Of a stretch of 64,000 bases of DNA, positions 63,790-64,000 are shown in pieces. How positions within the stretch are numbered: the first letter of the stretch is position 1; each line of letters starts with the position of its first letter. This DNA comes from Tricharina praecox (Eukaryota). The DNA lies in contig NW_026250417.1 in the NCBI RefSeq assembly GCF_024521635.1, forward strand, positions 248,001 to 312,000. The letters run 5' to 3'. The translations under genes were made by a program, and so were the position numbers. The notes beneath the pieces are model-generated. The model had not been told where the DNA came from, searched no databases, and saw only the letters and a program-made list of their open reading frames with translations.

Positions 63790-64000
63790 AACCGTCAATC
63801 GGCTCACATCGGCGTTGTCCTCCGCGTTAACGTCGTTAGCCCGAGCCCGAACGGCTGTGGGTACGTAGTAGGTCTCGGGATTACACACATGCATACCGGT
63901 ATGTCGCTGCAGCACAGCCCGGTAAACATCATCGCCATCGACGTCGACGACTTGGCGGAACAATGATAGGTAGGCAGCAGAGCACCCGTCGGCGGTTCGC
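63790..64000 (-). CDS. Probable exon of an unidentified gene that runs off the window
   Basis: Open frame ...AAYLSLFRQVVDVDGDDVYRAVLQRHTGMHVCNPETYYVP... with coding-like composition, followed by a GTGAGC donor-like site. Confidence 0.4.

Overview
Eukaryotic DNA from a filamentous ascomycete (inferred from short GT-AG introns with CTRAC branch sites and the gene set). It holds about 19 intron-containing housekeeping genes: a METTL21/EFM-type methyltransferase, THOC5, MRI1, a SAM+HMG protein, Rrn10-like, ERCC8/RAD28, ATG5, RSM26-like, MRPL34, RPA14-like, STE24, NXT1, an acyltransferase, LSM6, UBX4/TUG, HCNGP-like, PRE7 and an IZH/PAQR protein. Three TIR DNA elements have clear target-site duplications. 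The main result is in the two gene-free repeat islands (~10-17.4 kb and ~49.5-58.1 kb) plus one solo site. They contain 18 copies of a ~126-nt unit that I read as U1 snRNA: 5' AUACUUACCU arm, helix H, stem-loop I, AUUGCAC U1A loop, UUCG stem III and AAUUUUUG Sm site, with compensatory base changes between two subtypes. Almost all copies sit ~45 bp downstream of a TATA-like box. Most form divergent A/B pairs around a conserved ~190-bp spacer and are repeatedly joined to 3' ends of a Tad-like LINE. This looks like a mobile, promoter-bearing U1 snRNA cassette family. The many short ORFs over these islands are artefacts of the repeat. All assignments come from reading the sequence by eye; no searches were run and exon boundaries are approximate.
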